The translations under genes and the position numbers were made by a program. This document shows positions 62,361 through 64,000 of a DNA stretch of 64,000 nt, one piece after another. The DNA comes from Azolla caroliniana. Lineage: Eukaryota > Plantae > Polypodiophyta. Position 1 is the first letter of the stretch. Every line of letters begins with the position of its first letter. Under the pieces are notes generated by a model. That model saw nothing but the letters and a program-made list of their open reading frames with translations, had not been told where the DNA came from and made no database searches. Where the stretch lies: positions 16,988,001 to 17,052,000 of the forward strand of contig JBHGNT010000006.1 of the NCBI GenBank assembly GCA_043228905.1, in the 5' to 3' direction.

Positions 62361-64000
62361 TATCAAGAATACTACTAAAACAGAGAGAGAATTAGTACTA
62401 GAGAAGGGAAGTACTATTAGTACTAAGAGTACGGGACTGCGTAAGACCCCCGACAGAGAGGAAAGAGAAGAGGAGAGAGGGAGAGAGATAGTGTGGACAA
62501 GAGAGAGAGAGATGATGATAACATATGATATATTATAGGAAGTGTAAGTACAAGATGGATATGAGGCTTAAGACTGGCGTTGAACCAGTTTGGTTCCACA
62601 TAATACCTAGTGCCTTCTTTTATAGTGTTTTCAGGAGTAATCCTGAAGCTTCTAGAATGTTTCAGAGAAATCAGGAATGTACATTAATTTCCTATAATAA
62701 AACTTAAATGAAAATAATACCTTACGTATTACAATGGATGGTATAATGGTCAAGAGTTCGACCCATATAACATAAGGTCATGGGTTTGAGTCTTGCCCTA
62801 TCATGACACTATCTCTCCCTTAAGACAACGAGTGGAACGAGTCGGCGCTGATTGCGGACCGGGTTTGTCCACATACTTTCGGTGAAACGCAGCCAGAAGA
62901 TCCTGAGCATTGGCGACACGCTCGGCGGGTTCCCAAGTACGTTCGCTCGGACTATAGCTTAGCCAATCGACCAAATAATAAATTTTGTTGCGAACAAGTT
63001 TGGAATCGAGGATGGCAGCAACTTCATACTCCGGGCCGACTTCCAACTAAAGGGGGGGGGCGGTGGTGTAACACGATCAGGAGTAGTGTTTGCTTGATAA
63101 GGTTCAAGAAGAGAGCTATGGAAAACCGGATGTATTTGAAGATGCGGAGGGATATCAAGGTGGAACGTGACATCATTAACCTTACTAGTAATACGGAAAG
63201 GACTGAGTCGTCGATAATCCAACTTGTTGCACGATCGAGTAGTCTTGATGTGGCGACGTAAGAGCCATACTCGATCTCCGATGGCAAAAGAGGAGGAAAG
63301 CCGATGACGATCCACATAAGTCTTCTGTGTGTGTTGAGCATGACGAAGATGAGGAGAGAGATCCATCTGGATCTTGCGTAGCCTCTCCAAATGATCCCCA
63401 ACACGAGGATTGGTAGGTAGCTTCGGGGTGTCGATCACCGACCAGCGAGGATGAGAAGCGGTATAAGCGTAAAATGGGGAGACCGAGTCGAGGAGTGAAC
63501 AACATTATTATATGCAAACTCCGCAAAGTGGAGAATCTCGGCCCAATCGTCCTGTTGATAACTCAAAAAACACCGGAGATATTGTTCCAGCGTTTGGTTT
63601 GTTCGTTCCGCATGCCCATCGGTCTGGGGATGGTAGCCGGAGGAGAGGTTGCAAGAGACCTTGAGCATCTTGAAGAGATGCTGCCAAAATTTGGAGACGA
63701 ATTGAGGTCCTTGGTCATTGATTATAGTGGCTGGGAGGCCATGATGTTGAAATACCTCACGCAAGACAAGGGTGGCGGTTTCCTCGCTAGTGATGGCCTT
63801 AGTACATGGCACAAAATGTGTCATCTTAGTATATCGATCAACGACGGTTAAGATAGCATTAAAACCCTTCAAGACCGATAGATCTGTGATAAAATCAAGA
63901 CAAATAGACTGCCACAGCTTACTTGGAATCGGTAAGGGTTCCAACAAGCCATATGGATGGTGTCAGGGCATCTTTGCTCGGCAACAACCATCACAAGTCC
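62361..64000 (-). mobile_element. 3' part of Tcn1-like chromovirus P: integrase, group I chromodomain, PPT and 3' LTR (62361-62808)
   Basis: LDFITDL, SGYHPQTDG, HPVFHSSLL, EYEVAAILDS..YLVDW..ERTWEP; PPT rc 62809-62824. Confidence 0.9.

Overview
The window is gene-free, transposon-packed plant nuclear DNA. The element spectrum suggests a non-seed land plant, probably a fern (inference). I resolve about 19 insertions, most with LTR ends, PBS/PPT and target-site duplications (TSDs) readable by eye; the letter labels are mine. Ty1/copia: A1, B, C, E, G, H, I, J, M and solo LTRs F and N. Ty3/gypsy: chromovirus-type D, L and P, the tRNA-Trp-primed K, and fragment O. Also present are an RTEX-like LINE, a hAT-type MITE, a short poly(A) retro-insert, and a TATG-rich tract with a possible CACTA end and a PPR fragment. 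No intact host gene, RNA gene or CRISPR array is visible. The best leads are: (1) a replicated copia family (A1/H/I) that keeps gag-protease-integrase but lacks RT/RNase H and sits at the U5/leader of other retrotransposons; (2) a stem-loop enclosing the PPT/LTR junction, built from three unrelated arm sequences across four copia families; (3) strong CCGG or TCGG/CCGA enrichment in the youngest elements. All counts are by eye.
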